A stretch of DNA of 54,495 bases, filler included, from Bipalium vagum (GCA_037834085.1; 3 parts of 3 records of this genome joined end to end with filler, not necessarily neighbours in it), one strand, 5' to 3'; positions 37,646-51,840 are shown, numbered from the whole stretch's first letter. The notes: generated by a model from the letters alone, not told the origin. Translations and numbers: made by a program.

Positions 37646-39294
37646 TAAAAAAATCAATGAAAAATAAAATTTTCAAAACTAATCATATTCAATTGAAGGT
37701 TATGGTTACAAATTTTTTCTATGATTATCGGTTCTGGAAATAAAATAATTTTATAGATGTAAAATAGTCAAATAATTAAAAATGCTAAATTAAATTTATA
37801 AAATTAACTCTGAATTTCGACATAATTTTAATACAGCCACTTTTAGGGATGAGAAATTACATCAACCATGGAAAGACAATAATTAATTCTGTCTAATTCT
37901 TTATTACCTGATCGTAATTTATTACAATGAAAGTCATATGAGGATCTTTGTTACGACATTGTTAATAAAAATGATCCGGATCGATAAATAACGATTGTGG
38001 CCCAATAAACGATTCTAACCGGATACATTTAATTCCTATTCCATAATTTTCCGTTTGAAAATAATATGATATTGATATTATACGAAAATAATAATAATAA
38101 TAATATTTTATAATTTATTGATTCGAATCCATTATTAATAATGATTGTCAGAAAATTCTCAAGAGTATTTTATAAAATAATGCAATAATAATAATAACCA
38201 ATGTCAAATTTTTCCAGAAAAATGTTGAAAAAGATTATTTTAATAAAAATGATTTTTCGCTTTGATTATCCTTCGGAAATGATTATTGATTTCATTATTG
38301 ATTATTATGTGACTTCGAGGAAATCTTTCTAGTTGAGAGAGTAATTATTATTTTGTAGTAATATTCCACTTAATATTATGTCGTATCACAAATAGAATGA
38401 TGTAACATTCGGATCAAACCGTGATGTGTTTCCAATCCAAAACTGTCAGTGGGCCTAATTGAAACCATTAGGTAAAACGAGATAACCCCAATCCGCCGAA
38501 TGCAGACTGCATTTGGAGCCATGGTGTTGAGTGAGCATTACCATCGGCCTAATTTATGACCACCTGAATGGAGATAATTTATTCATAAAAAGGGAAATTT
38601 TCCATTTCGAGAGACAAAATCTCTGACAGACTTCGATCTGTCAGTCCGGACAAAAGAGTAATATGAGAAAACAATACGATGAAAAATTAAAGATTTCCTA
38701 CTGAGATATCCAGCATTACTTTTTGTGAAAATGATTATCATAATCATAAATCATTTGGGACGAAGAAGACTACGAAATAGTAAAAGAAATTCCCAACTTC
38801 CGTGAGGCTAATTTTTATATTTTTTATATTATTTTTTCTCCGTAGTTTTCATCTCAAATAAATCAAAACATTGTTTTTTGAAAATTCAATTTGCTCCGAT
38901 TACTTTATTTATATTTTTTAATTATTTCTCTATTTGATCGGGAATGTAAAATATTTATTTTTCTTAAGAATTTTATTGAAAATTTACATAAATTGTAAGG
39001 GGAAAACTTTTATTTATTTTTTTCATTGAGAAAATCTTTTAAAAAATGAGAAAAGATTATTTTCAATAAATTGATTTCATCAAAAGGAATCTCAGTCTGC
39101 AGGAAATGAAATACATAAATGATACCATGCCAGCAGGGCTCAGAATGCTTGGGAGAAATCATTTTTTTTATTAAATACTGCGATTTGACAAAGAAAATTA
39201 ATATTAAAGTACTTAATGTTTCTTTTCCTTTTATAAATTTCATTTAATTTCTATCTTTTTTACCTAATTTGTTTATCGGTCGTCTTTTATATGC

Positions 39295-39790
39295 AGGGTG
39301 TTCCGAAATATTTAATCCTTTCTTTAAAATAATTAATACACTAATAATAAAATCCATTATTAAGAAAATAATCTTTGTTCATCAATATCCAAAATGTTTC
39401 TAGCATATTCAAATCTTAGATCGATATTTACTCGTGAACTTTACTTTTTATAAATTAATTGCACTTTTCAAAGCTGTATTCGAAATCTGAAAGTGCTCTT
39501 TGTACAGAAGACAAAGAAACACTTCTATCGGTCAAATCTATCACATTGGTTTTATGCTGCTGAAGAGTAAGACTGCATCATTATGCATAGGTGATTTGAT
39601 AATGTTCTAAACAGCTGAATATCCTCTTACGACCACACTAAGATTTGTTTGCTGAGTACTCTCCTGTTAATTTAAGTTTTCTGACGATGAGTGATGTTAT
39701 TTTCTCAGATGTTATTTTATCACTAATCAGCATCATACTTCAAACATGCCATTTTCCTGATTTCGTATATCATCATTTTTGTAGCTATGT
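39295..39790 (-). mobile_element. Eroded Tc1-like remnant
   Basis: CAGGGTGTTCCGAAA terminus; RLRFEYARNI and VRGYSAVRT..K traces on the minus strand. Confidence 0.4.
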
Positions 39791-39849
39791 AAATTTAATT
39801 TTAAATAATTAATGATAATATTATTACTTATGTGATAAAATTTAATATT

Positions 39850-39889
<40 letters not shown>

Positions 39890-41366
39890 TTAAATATATT
39901 ATTGAAATAACAGTAGAACAAATAAATGATTAGTTCAACAATCTTATCACAGAATATTTTAATTAATATCGAATAAAATAAGATTAAGAAGAAGAATTGA
40001 AATTTGTAAAACTCACTAAGAACGCTGGTCGACATGATTTTTGTCCCACTTCTAAAAATATGTTTACAATATGTGAATTTGTGAGCTGGTATCCAAATAT
40101 GCTATCTTCTTTTTTGTATCACATCCAGATTTTTTGAAAATTGAAATGTGTAATTAATATTTACGTATTTAGATTGATTTTGTAATAAATTACAGTAATA
40201 AAAATCAATAAAATTGTTTGAAATCTGTTTAAAATAACAAATATCGCTTTAATACATTCAATAAAATTGCTTAAATATTTGTAATAAACGTTAGCATTTC
40301 AAAAATATCGTAAAGAGTTAGCAGAAATGTATTTATTTGTCCATTATATTTTTCATACATGTTGCTAGAATTACTCTTCCAGAAGAAAATGCATCAACAA
40401 ATCAAATTCATTTTTTATATTTGTAGTTCTTCTATCACTCTTTAGCAAGAATAGATATATCTTCTAATTTAAATGAACTGTATTTAGCATTTTTTAGTAT
40501 CCGTATAAAGTTAGATCAGGATAAAGTTGGGCTCCACATTTCGGTTGCATTACATGCTATATGCAATTACATCTATGGAAATAATATAAGAGGAAATATC
40601 TTCCTTTTGGTATTCCCATGATTTGGAAAGAGTAATCAAATCATTGAGATGATTGCTACTTCTGCGTATGAAAAACCAAATTTTTCAATTCAAAAGAATG
40701 ATTATAATCGATATCAGTGAATATAAAGGTCAGAATAGTAAAAGATAATTCGTAAATTATTTTTCTTGCATTTTAAATATATTAATAAATTATGATTATA
40801 CATGTATAATAAGAATAATTAATGTTTTAATTTTTGCTTTCTTTTTTGGCAAATATATTTTTATATTTCGTTGAAATAAAAAATTCGATCAAATTTTATT
40901 AATCATTACTTTTTCGAAAATAAACCAATTTTAAGTCTCAGTTTTATGGATTTCTGTCACACAAAAATGTTTTGATCAAATCAATTGTTTACCAGATTAT
41001 AATAATATTCAACATGACACTGTTGAAAGTCATTGATAAAATTAATAAATTAGTCAAAAATGTCAATAAAAATATTTTCGATATTTTTTAAATCAAATCG
41101 ATTTTTAAGAGAAACGCTTTAATCAATTTTTCAATAGGACCAAATTGTCCAGTCAAATACAACGTACAGATCAGTCAACATCGGAAAGAAAATATTGATT
41201 AGGAAAGCTTCTTTAATTGAAAAATTCCAGTTAATAAAGATTATTTGAATAAGACTTATTTGAGTTTAACTTTACAAATCAAGGATGATAATATTATTAA
41301 TATTTTATTAAAAATCATAATAAATCTAAATTGTGAACAAAAATTCAAATTGATAAATTACAATTA

Positions 41367-42496
41367 CTGTAGATTTCGCTTATAGAGAACTTGCTTAAAG
41401 AGAACTTTTTGGTTCAAAAATGGCATTTTCCCCAAATTTTCAGTGTAAAAGTTCTCTTAACCCGATCATCGGTTAAAGAGAACATTTTATTAAAATAAAC
41501 ATTTTTTATTTTGGTTTTATTTTTTTCAAAATACAGTTTATTTTAGACAGTAAACATATAATTTAATTATTTTTGTTTTAAAAAGGTAATTGATTATAGA
41601 GTAACCTGATTAAAGGTTATTTGATTAATTGAAAATATTATTTTACTTAAAAATTTTAGGCCATAATGAAATTAGGTTCAAAGACAATTCTAAAACTCAA
41701 ACAGAAATTTGAAATCATAGCACTTTTTGAGCAAGGAAAAAGACAAACATCATTGGCCAGAATATATAAAATATCTCCTTCATCAATATCAAACATTTGT
41801 CACAATTGGTTGCGTCGTGGCTTAAAAATGAATGGCCGGAAATTAGGAAAGTTTTTGGTAACAAAGATATTTTAAATGCAGATGAAACGGGATTATTTTA
41901 TAGGCTTTGCAAAATAAAACAATCAAGGTTAAAAGGAGAAAGGTGCGTTGGAGGCCATTTATCAAATTTTGTGAAAGCATGGAAGGCGAAAAATTGCCTC
42001 CATTAATAATTGGAAAATCAAAAAATCCCCGATGTTTTAAAAATGTTGATATTACTTCCCTAAATTTGAAAAGCAGCACTCGTTTAATGATTTTGTTAAT
42101 GCTGAAGAAAATTTAGTAACAGAAAATGTCAATGAACAGGAAGTAGAATTAAATTTGTCACTATCTGATAAGTCAGATAACAATCCATGTGTTAAGCTTC
42201 CCAACATTCATAAAGCATTTCAGTGCAAGCAACAAGTAGTTCTTTTTTATTCAAATCAGGAAAAAACTTATCATTTACAAGAAAGTTTAATAGCAATTGA
42301 ATCAGATTTGGAGAAGATTTTACTCAAGAAAAAACCAAGCAGCGAAAAATAATTGAGTTTATTTTTAAAAAATAGATGTGTTAATAGTAAAGCTTTTTTT
42401 GATATTTTTTTAAAATATATCTGTTAAAGAGAAATATCGATTATAGAGAACATTTTTTCAAGTCCAAAAAATATTCTCTTTAAGCGGTATCTACTG
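41367..42496 (+). mobile_element. pogo/Tigger-like transposon, internally deleted
   Basis: CENP-B-like HTH (LKLKQKFEIIALFEQG), DILNADETGLFY, KLPPLIIGKSKNPRCFK; TIRs C(T/A)GTAGAT..CGCTTA(T/A)AGAGAA with TA flanks and subterminal AGAGAAC repeats. Confidence 0.92.
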
Positions 42497-43049
42497 TATT
42501 ATTTTTCTTGTTAATATTTGTAATAATATTAATTATTATTACTCTTTTCTGTATATAAGAGTTCTACTGAATTATAATCGATTAGGCGAAAAGGTGACAG
42601 AGCTTACCGAAAGAAAGTGGTACTGAAAATTTTAATTTTTCAATGAATATGGACATATGATGAATAAAATACAATAGTAAGACGTTAAGAAAAGTATTAG
42701 AGAGGTTCTAATTGTTCTTTTGTGTTTTCATTCATTGAAATAAAGAGAGATATACTGAACTTTGTATGTTATACTTCATTGTGCAAGAAGTATGTATATG
42801 TAGAGAGTTGCTCGTTTCTTCAGTTCTAGAATAATTTGAGAAAGATCATGTCAAACAGGCCTGGATTTTATTATTCTATCGCCGACTTATGAGATACTTA
42901 TAGAAGTGTTAATACCGTATTTACACCACTTTAAAAATAGATGCAACCATGGAAAACTATGACGTAATAACAATGCCTAATGCAAATAAGAAGCTATTAT
43001 ATCATAACCAATAAAAAAACTTTTAACAAATTGACAATCAAATTTATAT

Positions 43050-43390
43050 TTCAAATATCGTCAGTAGTTTCAAGAACTTTGATTTCTGAACATAAAATCT
43101 GTTTTCGGAGCTCAGGTAGGCTTTTTGCCTAACTGATCCGGTATTCTCAAATCTATTCGTAATAAACTCTGATTTTATTCCATTCCAAGCATCAATTTTC
43201 CAGTTACAAATCTCAACGAAGATTGTTTTTCACTGCTTACCAGATCGGGTATAAGATTGTGCATATATATTTATTATTTAATTAATATTTGTAACTTAAA
43301 TGCGGGATTTATGAGGGTGCGGGTTATATAAGAATTTTTTTACATAAACAAGATTATAAGGGTGTGGTTTCTTTGAGTGATCGAAAAAAA
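43050..43390 (-). mobile_element. Possible pogo-family remnant
   Basis: ICNWKIDAWNGIKSEFITNRFENTG resembles the DDE_1 C-terminal W..AW..I....I...F..TG; repeated AGGGTG(C/T)GG terminal-like motifs. Confidence 0.4.
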
Positions 43391-46300
43391 GCTTTTTTGG
43401 CCAAGGGTTGGGAGATCATTGTCTCATGTTTCATGATATAATTTTGATGCAAGCATGTTTACTCAAAAGATAATAATTAATAAAGCTGCTTTTGTTATCA
43501 GAATTCTTTGTTTGAGTTAGAGGAGTAAAGTAGAACTATAGCCGGTCTTTTACAATCATCATTTTTAATGCTAAAGTTATCATTTAAACGTCTGAAAATA
43601 TCTTTGTTGATCTTTCATTTACAGAACCATCACATTAGAAATTAATATTTTTTGTTACATTGAGTGCATTATGATAAAGCCCGAATTCATAAAGAATGCA
43701 AAAATAATGTATAATTATAAACTGAACAGTTCATTTTCAGAATTATATGAAAAAATGAAATTGGCGCTTCAGTTTGATATATCAAAACTATCATTGTCAT
43801 AAAAATTGATTGATTAAAATGTCTTTGAAATAATAAAACTAAAATCCATCATTTCACAAGCAGATATTTTGAAAGAAAGATATTCCATCTAATATTTCCA
43901 AATTTTCTCCCATATTAAAATCTTCTAAGGTTTACTCAGACTTCTCCATATAAATTTTGTTGTACTTTTAATTGATACAAGTCATTCATAATTCAACCTC
44001 CATATATAAATAGACTCCATGCATAAAAATAATGATGACTGTGAAAAATAATAACCATTAATAATTAGTGATAATAATATTAAATATTGTTACTGGAAAA
44101 TATAATCATAAAAATTAGCTATGCAACCAAGCGTTAGTATTTAATAATAAAAATATTATTTTTTTATTATTACTCTTATTATAATTATTATTATTGTAAT
44201 AATTATAATTGTTATTATTATTATTACTATTAATATAACCTACATAGAATCCTAATTCTCAAAATTTTCTATATATTTTTTTAGATTTTCCTATTTAAAA
44301 TAATATTTTATAAAATCATTCACGAAGTCACCCAGCAAAAAGAAAATAATGGAAAGCAAAATCACATTTCAGGATCTCCGTTTATTTAATTCCATAATCG
44401 GTATAGCCTGGTCAAATAATATTAATAAAATAAATATTTAGGTTCAGCAAAATTTTGTTGTTGATGATTACACCGTCAATCTTGTGAGGTAAAGTTCATT
44501 TATATTTATATAATATTATTTATATAATATTATTTTTAAGTTATTCGTTCTATGGAGAAAAAAATCAATAGTGTTACATGAAATGAAACGTTCAGAAATA
44601 TTTAAATAATAATAATTTATTTTGCTTCACATTAAATTTTTTTGGACTATAATATAACATATCATGATTTCTTTTTTATATATCGTACAGTTAAATATAA
44701 ATAAATAATGTTAGTGTGACATTTCAGACTCTTTATTTTATTATTTTCATTCAGAGAACGATAAATAAGATTTATTGTGTTATCCGAATTAATAAAAATT
44801 AATAAGGATAACTGTTTTGTTATTATTTTATATTATTTTATATTTAATTTTAATAATTAACAGAAGAGGGTTATGGAATGGCAACCATCTGAAGCAGTCT
44901 TGAAGCTGGAATAAATTGTCAAAATTTACTCAGTTCGATGACAGAAATTTTAATATTGGGCTGCAGTATTATTTCTACAAAAGAAATATCTGGAGAATTA
45001 ATTTAAACAAATGACTGAATTTATGTTGGGTTCCCTTTCTATTTTTTTCCTTAAACGTCCTTAATGTAAGATGAATCAAGAGGTAAAAATATCATATCGA
45101 TTTTTTCTTTTAATAAATAATTATTTATTATTATCAGTTGATAAAATAATATTTTTTTAATTCATACATTCTCCAATGTGTCATAGAGCACATTAAAAAA
45201 AATCATAATGTAACACTTGAAAAAACAAATAAACTGATTTAATAGAAATAAATACCGTCTAAGACCGTATTGACATTGATGAATTTTATAAACAAACCCT
45301 AACCTTAAATGAAAACTTTGGTTCTTGGAGTGCCAATTGTTTATAAATGGAAGGTAGCCCTAAAATGCTTAGTAAAAAAAAATTTCCCGTATAGTCGATA
45401 CAAGGAAAATATGAAGTCGTCATGAATTTTTAATTAATATATTTTAATTACGAATATAAAGTTGAGAAAGATATGTTTAAATTGACTGACCTTGGTTAAA
45501 AGGAAGTTTTCAAAATTGAGATTAATAAATGTTTCAATCAGAACCTGATTGTGATCACAGTCGAAAATCTTAAAAGGAGAAATACGCAACAAAAATCGTA
45601 TGGAAATGTCTCTTTTCAGTTTACCTTAACTTCCTTTTTGTTTGTTAATTTGTTCGAGAAATATCCTAGCCTGGTAATCAGAATAAAATATTTTCCCCTC
45701 AAGATTGATAAAAATAATTAATTATAATATTTACATGAAAATTCCATGAAAACATTTCCTAAATGAAATCATCACAGCTCCTACGTGACAATTTTATTTT
45801 TTTAAATATTTAATTTTTACAATGTATTCCCATAGTTTCTTCATGCTTTGCTTCACACATTTTCCCCTTCAAAAATATTTTTAATTAAATCCTAATACAT
45901 TAATAATCTTATTATTATTGTTATTATTATTTTATTAATGACTTTTAATGGTGAAGCAGCGACATGAAAACGAGGGGAAATATAAAATATCGAAAAATAG
46001 GCAAACGTGTTCAGCTTGAGAACTTTTTTAATTATTAACATTTTTTGATGTCGTAATTAATATTTAAATATTAAAAAAGGAATATAATTTATTTTAATTA
46101 TAGAATTCCTTTTTTAATATAATTTAAATATTATATAAAATTTAATAATAATTTTATCATTTTTAATTTGAATTTCGAGAAAAATAAATAAATTATTAAA
46201 TAAAAATTTAAATAAAATTGATGAGAATAAAAAAAATATTATTTTTTCAATAAATCAATATAATTTGTTGAAAATCGTTAAATTCTTGATCATAAATATT

Positions 46301-47306
46301 TTTACTGTGATTTACACTTTAATAAAACACCGTGACTTTATTAATATTGAAAATAAAACTGACCTCTTTTGCATGCCCAGTTGTCCAGAGGATCAGTAAA
46401 ACAAAATGAATAAATCCAATGGACCTCATTGACAAGATTTGATGTGGAGATGGTTTCGATTTGTTCCGATCTGTTACATTTGAATTTTATCGATTAATTG
46501 AATTTTAAAATTAAATTAAGTAGGAACGAATTGGCGATCTGCTTATATGTCGTGAAAGGTAACCAATGGAAAAATATTTCATTCCCTACATTTAAGCAAT
46601 AATCTATTTTTCATAGTTGTTTTATTTTATAAAAATTTCTTATAATGAAAAAAAATTTTCTAAATCAATAATTGAAAATATGTGGACTTTTTATAAAAAA
46701 TTCAAAGGATTTTTTACATTATTTAATATGAATGTATTTTAGAAAAATGTTTCAATAACACGATCTGTGAACACTTTTTTTCTTTAATCAAATAGACTAA
46801 AAAGATCATTTTATGTTAATAAATAAATTATAAATTTATAAATAATTATTAATGTTCTTATTTTTCTCAACAGTTATCGGTTTATCTTCCATAAGTCTAG
46901 GTTTTGTAAAACAATATTTTCTGACATCACACATTTGAATATTCAAACAAATTGTGTTAAACTACGGCAATCCAACACGTATCTTCAATCCCTCACTTTT
47001 GAACTACAGTATATCGCCCGTTATATCTCTCAATTTCTTAGTCTCAAGTTTTGACTTTAAGTAAAACTTCTCCGACTGAATGATGTCATTGTATTATTCC
47101 GCAATTTTTGGGTTATTCATGAGCTGCCTGATAGAGTTTATTTCTGTACAGTTTTCTTCAGAATACCATTTTTGCAAGAATTAACGGCAAATTTTATTTC
47201 CGCGAGAATTGTGGGTTATTCTGTATTTCTTCTTTAAAATTCATTTTGTAAGCATTTCGTAATTATTTATTTTTAAATAACGTTATTATTAATGTATTAA
47301 GGTAAC

Positions 47307-48374
47307 ATGGAAAATAATCAATTACATACAATTTACTTATATGAATTTAAGCTTGAGTCACAGAGCAGCAGAAGGAACGACTATCGAACGCACCGTAGAA
47401 CGTTGGTTCAAAAGATTTAGCGAAGAATACGAGACACTCAAAGATAAAGATGGTTGTAGTCGAAGGCGTTCAATCAATAATGACGAATTGAAAGCATTGG
47501 TGGAGGCGAATCCACGTACCACAGTTAGAGACCTAGCAAAAGAGTTAGATGTAACAAATGGAGCAATTTTGATCCATCTGAAAGAAATTGGGAAGTCCAA
47601 AAGAGCTCGACAAGTGGGTGCTACATGACCTAAACGAAAATCAGAAAAATCGACTGTTTGAACTTGCGTCTTTTCACAGTTTTCGCAACAGTAATGATCC
47701 TTTTCTCGACCGAATTGTGACGACTGATGAGAAGTGGATAATGTACGACAACAAACGGCGGTCAGCTCAACGGTTGGACGGTTGATCAAGCTCCGAAACA
47801 TTTTGCAAAGCCAAAGTTACACCAAAAGAAACTGATGGTGACTGTTTGGTCGTCTGCACGTGGTCCAATTCATCACAGCTTCTTGAAACCAGGAGAATCA
47901 ATTACGGAAGAGTTATACTGTAAGCAAATTGAAGAAATGAACTTAAAATTTCAAGAGCATCATCCAGCTTTGGTCAAGAAAGAGAGCTATTCTATTGCAC
48001 AACAATGCTTGGCCGCATGTCGCACAATTGACCCTACAAAAATTGAACAAGTTTGGCTACGAAATCCTGTCACATACAGCATACTCACCAGACCTTTCGC
48101 CAACAGACTACCATTTATTCAAACATTTGGACCCCTTCTTACTGGATAGATGTTTCAGAAACGAAGAGGATGCCAAAAATACCTTCAACGACTTCATCGC
48201 TTCCAGAACACAGGAATTTTATGATAGTGGCATAAAGAAACTTATGTCTCGTTGGACTAAGTGTATTCAAGCTAATGGTGCATATTTTGCTTAATAAACT
48301 TTAGTCTTACTTGAAAATTTTTACTTTAAAAGTTAAAAGTCAAAAAACGATATTCAATTCTAAACAATCTAATA
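47307..48374 (+). mobile_element. Mariner, near full-length transposase pseudogene
   Basis: MENNQL..IYLYEFKL, WFKRF, KWVLHDL, IVTTDEKW, HNNAWPH, YSPDLSPTDYHLF, RWTKCIQANGAYF; frameshifts; 3' TIR ...AACAATCTAATA. Confidence 0.95.
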
Positions 48375-48896
48375 GTTTGAAATCCCAACATTTAATTAAT
48401 GGCTGAAATGCAGTACATTCTGTACCTAACAATCACCTGTTTAAATAATATATTACTTACTTTAATATATTTAAAGTTTAGTGACGTTTCATTTACGTTT
48501 TCGTTTTCATAATTTTTGTTCAATTTCAACAGAATTTGTTAAAATTAAGTTAAACATTTTGTTTATTCATTTAGTTTTTGTAGAAAAACTTTTTGCAAAT
48601 TTTATTAAAATATATTATAAAGTACAAAAATCTGAGAAATGTATTATGCATATTAAAAAATCGTTTCACTAGTTTATTTAGACATTCTTTAAACATATTT
48701 TGGTTGATAAGTGTAGATTATACTGCAAGAGCACCTAATTAATTGTATTATTCAATTTCAATTTATTTCTTATAAAATACAACGAAAAGAATTTTTCATT
48801 ACTCAATATCTATGTAAAGAAAGAAAAAGAGAAAAAATGAATATAAGAAAATTATTAAAATTCCCTATTCAGAGAGATTCAACAATTTTTAAAGTA

Positions 48897-50114
48897 TTAG
48901 GTTATTCGGAAATAAATTATCGTTTTATATAAGGTAACTTTTGATGATTTTATTGTATATAAAATACGTATGAATGGCATCATATGATATTCCAAATGAT
49001 GCTTATATGATAAGGATTCATTAATTTGTTTTACTGCTTTAAATTAAAGCATATTTTGGCACAGTTATAAAAATGTTCACAAACCAGCAAATTAGAGCAA
49101 TATATCTCTACGAATTTAAACTTGGAAATTCTGCGGCAGATGCAACCAGAAATATAAACAGAGCTTTCGGAGATGGTTATGTAGGTAGTTTGCCAACTTC
49201 CGTCTTGGAAAATTTGATCTCGGTGATGCAGAGAGTCGTGGGCGGAAAACTTTAGTGGACAATGATGATTTGAAAACAATTATTGAATCAAACCCACAGA
49301 ATACAGTAAGAAATTTATCCAAGCAATTATCAGTTTCTATTTCAACTGTTTCTCAACGCCTAAAGTGGATACCGCATTTATTAACTGATTATCAAAAATA
49401 AATGAGATATGATATCTGCTCAAGACTGATTTAAAGAAATAAAAATAATCCATTTTGCGCAGAATAATTACGTGTGATGAAAAATGAATCCTTTACGATA
49501 ACCGTAAAGGTCCATCTGAGTGGGTAGATCATGGTTCAGTTTCAAATTGCTCTTCAGGACCAAGTTTGCATCCAAAAAAGATTTTGATATCAGTTTGGTA
49601 GTGTCAGACGGGTTTGATTCATTACGAATTCCTAGAAAACGATGAATCAATAACATCAGATGTATATTGCAATCAATTGGAACGTATGCATCAAAAATAA
49701 AAAGTTTTGCATCCAGCAATTGTCAACAGAAATATTTTATTTTTTCTGCATGACAATGCTAGGCCAAATGTCGTAAAACAAACATTGCAAAAGGTATATA
49801 ACCTTGGATATGAGACTCTTCCACATCCGGCATACTCACCGGACTTATCTCCTATGGATTATTATTTATTTCATGCATTACATTATGTCCTGTCTCGAAA
49901 GGTTTTCAATAGTTACGACACCGTAAAACAAGTATTTGAGGAATTCGTCATGTCTCGTAAACATGATGTATATGAAAAAGGAATATTAAGTCTTCAATCA
50001 CGTTGGGAACAATGTATTAAATGTAATGGAAATTATTTTTAATAACTAAATGTCTTAGTCAAAAATTTTTTCTTTTTCATTCGAAAAAACGCTAATTTAT
50101 TTCCGAACAACCTT
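48897..50114 (+). mobile_element. Mariner (cecropia-like) with both TIRs, degraded
   Basis: QIRAIYLYEFKLGNSAADATRNINRAFG, ITCDEK, LHDNARP, HPAYSPDLSPMDY; TIRs TTAGGTTATTCGGAAATAAATTA / TAATTTATTTCCGAACAACCTTA. Confidence 0.95.
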
Positions 50115-50119
50115 ATAAA

Positions 50120-50525
50120 ATATTACAGACCTTAAATGAAGAAGGCTTAAAGGTAGTATCTGCAACTGCAAAGACGAAGCATTTTTAAAAAATCAAAACA
50201 GTGACTCCTAAACCAGTGCAAGCTAATATCGTTTATAAATTCCAATGTCATGAATGTGGTCATCTATACATTGAGAAGACATAACGTCACCTCAAAACGC
50301 GAATTAGTGAGCATTCCCAAAAATGTAGATCAAGTAAAGGACTGGATAATGTTGTGGTTGCAAAGAAAAACAAGGAAATAAATATACCAATGAAAATGAG
50401 TTTAGTGTATTAAAGGACAACTTGGATAATGTTGAAGAACGAAAAATATGCGAATCATTAATAATTAAAAAGCGAAACCAGAAATTAATTAACAAAATGG
50501 AGAAACCAGAAATCAATGGATGATC
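50120..50525 (+). mobile_element. Penelope-like retroelement GIY-YIG endonuclease remnant
   Basis: ANIVYKFQCHECGHLYIEKT*RHLKTRISEH and FSVL...ERKICESLIIKK match the PLE endonuclease pattern VY...C..C...YIG.T.R.L..R..EH ... R...E...I. Confidence 0.8.
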
Positions 50526-51840
50526 AATCTTTTCTTTAATTAGTATTTTTGAAAACAATTTTTTAAATTAAAAAAACATTTAAAATTTTTAAAAATACTT
50601 TTTCAAGTTTTTAGAATTAAATAAGTTTTTCTTTAATTTTGTCCAATAATAATGAGGATAATTTGATAAAAATCGTGATAGTAATATAATAATGGAGAAG
50701 ATAATTAAAATGGACTGAATAAGATATGAGCGAAAAGATCAAAACATTTATAAGATTATTGTTCCCCATAAACATATAAATTACAATAACACTGAGAATA
50801 AAATATGAAAAATATTTCTCTTCAATATTTCATTTACTTCTCAATTTTTAAATTTATTTTTAATTTTCATTTGTGTAAATCAATAAGTTTTCAAATGTTT
50901 CTTTGACTTTCAATGTATTTTACAATAAGGAAAATAAAAAATTATTTTAACAGAATGTCTGTGATAACTTTTATCTGTAAAAAGTAATATTAATCTAACA
51001 CTGCTCCAATCTGGGAGTTTTGTTTCCCATGAGGTGACATCTTTGTAAATAAAAACTATATTTTTTAAATTCTGCCAATATGTTGTCAACAGAATACTTC
51101 GATGAATGGTAAGAAAAAGCTTAGTAGTAGAAAAATATAAAATTTTAAAATATATAACGATAACTTTATGTTTACTTAAACAATCAATTATATGTACTTC
51201 TGCGATCAATCATTGATTACCAAAAACTTTTTGCAGCATTTTATATGATTCCCGCAAAATATAATTCTGCTTCTTTGTTCCACAAAATCTGACATCAAAA
51301 AATAGAAAAAGCTAAATAATAAAGATGAAAGACGTTTAAGAGATTTAATATAAAAAACAGTAATAATAATATAAATAATTATAAATGATAATATATATAG
51401 AAAGCTGTGCACATGAAACAATACAAACTATAACTAATTTGAATTTTAAAATATGGAAAAATTAACTAATTATTTCTATTTCTACTCTGATGAGCTTTCA
51501 CGAATATTATTCAAAAGTTTTTTCAGATAATTATGTACACAATTAATGTTTTCTGTGTTTTTATATTTATGATTACTCGATTATTATAATTTGTTTCCCA
51601 AAGTATGCAAATAATGCTAGAAATTTTTAATTTATTATTTAAATTATTTACATATTATTTTATTTTTATTTATTTTTATTTATTTTTATTTTTATATTGC
51701 AATAATAATCTCAAAGAAATTTTAACAAAATGGTTTTTCTTATATTAATACAGTGTTCCAATAATTTATTGCCGCACTTACAAATTTAGTAATGTTGAAT
51801 GTTTATAACCAATTAACTTTACTGAAAGTATCATATAAGC

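Noticed and set aside
39733-40035. Hydrophobic 100-aa ORF with poly-Ile
   Set aside because: Produced by an (AAT)n microsatellite and AT bias; the same applies to many I/F/L/K-rich short ORFs in the track.
40030-40700. Possible LINE RT C-terminal trace on minus (NATEMWSP)
   Set aside because: Only one weak motif and no RT core seen.
47358-47801. 147-aa minus ORF (and similar ORFs at 20875-21301 and 9159-9572)
   Set aside because: Antisense shadows of transposase coding sequence.
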